Shown in pieces: positions 18,324 through 19,460 of a stretch of 19,460 nucleotides of DNA (positions are counted from its first letter, which is position 1; the number at the start of each line of letters is the position of its first letter). The position numbers were made by a program, and so were the translations under genes. The notes beneath the pieces were generated by a model. The model did not search any database, was not told where the DNA came from, and saw nothing but the letters and a program-made list of their open reading frames with translations. Origin of the DNA: Octopus sinensis (lineage: Eukaryota); the NCBI RefSeq assembly GCF_006345805.1, contig NW_021824204.1:1-19460 (forward strand), in the 5' to 3' direction.

Positions 18324-19022
18324 CTTACCAATTGTCATGAACCTTGAGTAATGGCCGACAAAATATAATCGTGAATACAAGCGGCAAAAGTGGGGTGGTT
18401 TTTCCGAAGTATCTTAGATAGAGGGCGTAACTCAGAAATAAGAAAGGTGTTACAGATAGAGTCAGTATTTCTCCGAATTAAGAGATCGAAGCTCCGATGC
18501 TACAGACATGTGCCTACAATGTCTCAGAAATGCATTGTTGGACACGTTTTTCGGGCAAAATCAAAAGGCAGGAGAGTCAGGGGTAGATCTCGAACAAGAT
18601 AAGCGAGTAAAGTTACCTTCTCGAGTCAGACCGACTCATAAGGGCCGGTTTCCTGGTTTCATGGCGTATATATTCCAAACCTGGACTGGACGCCGGTCGG
18701 TTACAGGATTACTCATTTTTGCTAGCAGAGTGGACTGGAGCTACGTGAAATAAAGGGTTTTGCTCAAGAACACAACGCGTTACCCGGTCCACAGATCGAA
18801 ACCACAATCTTATGATCATGAGTCCAACATCCTAACCACTACGCCACGACCCTCACTCTCGAGCAAAATGGTTGTAAAACATTCATGAGCTCGTTCGGTC
18901 TCGTTTGGGGTTCCAGCCAGATCAAGTGGAAATGGTTGCTTCTGACAGGACCTGATCGAAGACATGCTTAAGGACTCTGCCCGGACGATCCTTCAAGTGC
19001 GAAGAAGATGAGATGAGTTGAG
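18324..19022 (+). mobile_element. 5'-truncated RTE-clade LINE (Rex3/Expander-like) ORF C-terminus, interrupted by a SINE at 18601-18856
   Basis: 18324-18599 reads LTNCHEP*VMADKI*S*IQAAKVGWFFRSILDRGRNSEIRKVLQIESVFLRIKRSKLRCYRHVPTM...GRRVRGRSRTR. 18869 onward reads WL*NIHELVRSRLGFQPDQVEMVASDRT*SKTCLRTLPGRS. Both match the recalled Rex3-type pattern LTYGHE.WVMT..RSRIQAAEM.FLRR...LRW.GH..RM...GRRPRGRPRTRW...RLG. It ends in a GATGAG-like tail. Confidence 0.85.
18601..18856 (-). mobile_element. SINE family E, full length, tRNA-Met-like head with CORE-like segment
   Basis: Minus strand has GTGGCGTAGTGGTTAGG (A-box), GGACTCATGATC (CAT anticodon-loop-like), GGTTTCGATC (B-box) and TTGTGTTCTTGAGCAAAAC (CORE-like). 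It is flanked by TCTCGAACAAGAT (18588-18600) and TCTCGAGCAAAAT (18857-18869). Confidence 0.85.
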
Positions 19023-19139
19023 AATTTATATCAGATTAAAGATTAGTATAATACTTCCTTGAAGAGATAAACTGTATGTGTAATCTGTCTAGAGGATTGT
19101 AGCCAGTTAATCTTTTATCTTGTATATTTTATCTTTCAT

Positions 19140-19330
19140 CTTTTACTCGATTCAGTCATAGGACTGCGGTCATGCTGGGGCACTACCTTGAAAGATGTAA
19201 GTCGAACAAATCGACACTGACATAATCTCTTTTCTTGAACCGCTAATTTACAGGACGTAAAAACCGGTTGTGAAGCGATGTGAGGGACACAAAGACAAAG
19301 AGAAACACGTGTACACAGACGACACACACA
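19140..19330 (-). mobile_element. SINE family B 3' half, diverged
   Basis: TTTTACTCG.TTCAGTCAT.GGACTGCGG.CATGCTGG.GCAC..CCTT is the reverse complement of the B tail. Confidence 0.8.
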
Positions 19331-19385
19331 CCATACACATAGAAATATTTATATTAAATATAAATGTCATATATATATATAATAT

Positions 19386-19460
19386 TCTTTTAACGGGTTT
19401 TAGTCATTTGACTGCAGCCATGCTGGAGCACCGCCTTTAGTCGAGCAAATCAACTCCAGA
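19386..19460 (-). mobile_element. SINE family B 3' end, running off the window
   Basis: AGTCATTTGACTGCAGCCATGCTGGAGCACCGCCTTTAGTCGAGCAAATC is the reverse complement of about 7995-8045. Confidence 0.88.

Noticed and set aside
1-19460. CRISPR-like arrays, prokaryotic operons, rRNA, intact tRNA, telomeric arrays
   Set aside because: Recurring sequences are dispersed SINEs in both orientations with no regular spacers. No intact cloverleaf, rRNA motif or TTAGGG array was seen.

Overview
Eukaryotic, AT-rich, non-coding-type DNA (intron or intergenic), made mostly of tRNA-headed SINEs, LINE and transposon fragments, and long microsatellites. The SINE families and the TA/CA/CATA/ATT/GAA repeats look like those of an octopus (coleoid cephalopod) genome; this is inferred from recalled repeat families, not from a search. 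I find no supportable host gene, and nearly all ORFs in the track are microsatellite or SINE artefacts. Two are real protein remnants: the N-terminal DNA-binding part of a Tc1-like transposase (15370-15696 +) and the C-terminus of a Rex3/Expander-like RTE LINE (18324-19022 +). The LINE is split by a nested SINE with a 13-bp target-site duplication. Four SINE families are resolved and labelled A, B, C and E here. The most unusual signals are two degenerate minimal hammerhead-ribozyme-like motifs (6827-6864 +; 10226-10270 -), each in a short element embedded in a microsatellite. The second occupies the loop of an 82-bp, 81/82-identical inverted repeat (10144-10380). This suggests short Penelope-type (pseudo-LTR or retrozyme-like) elements. 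It is a hypothesis, and both copies have catalytic-core changes.
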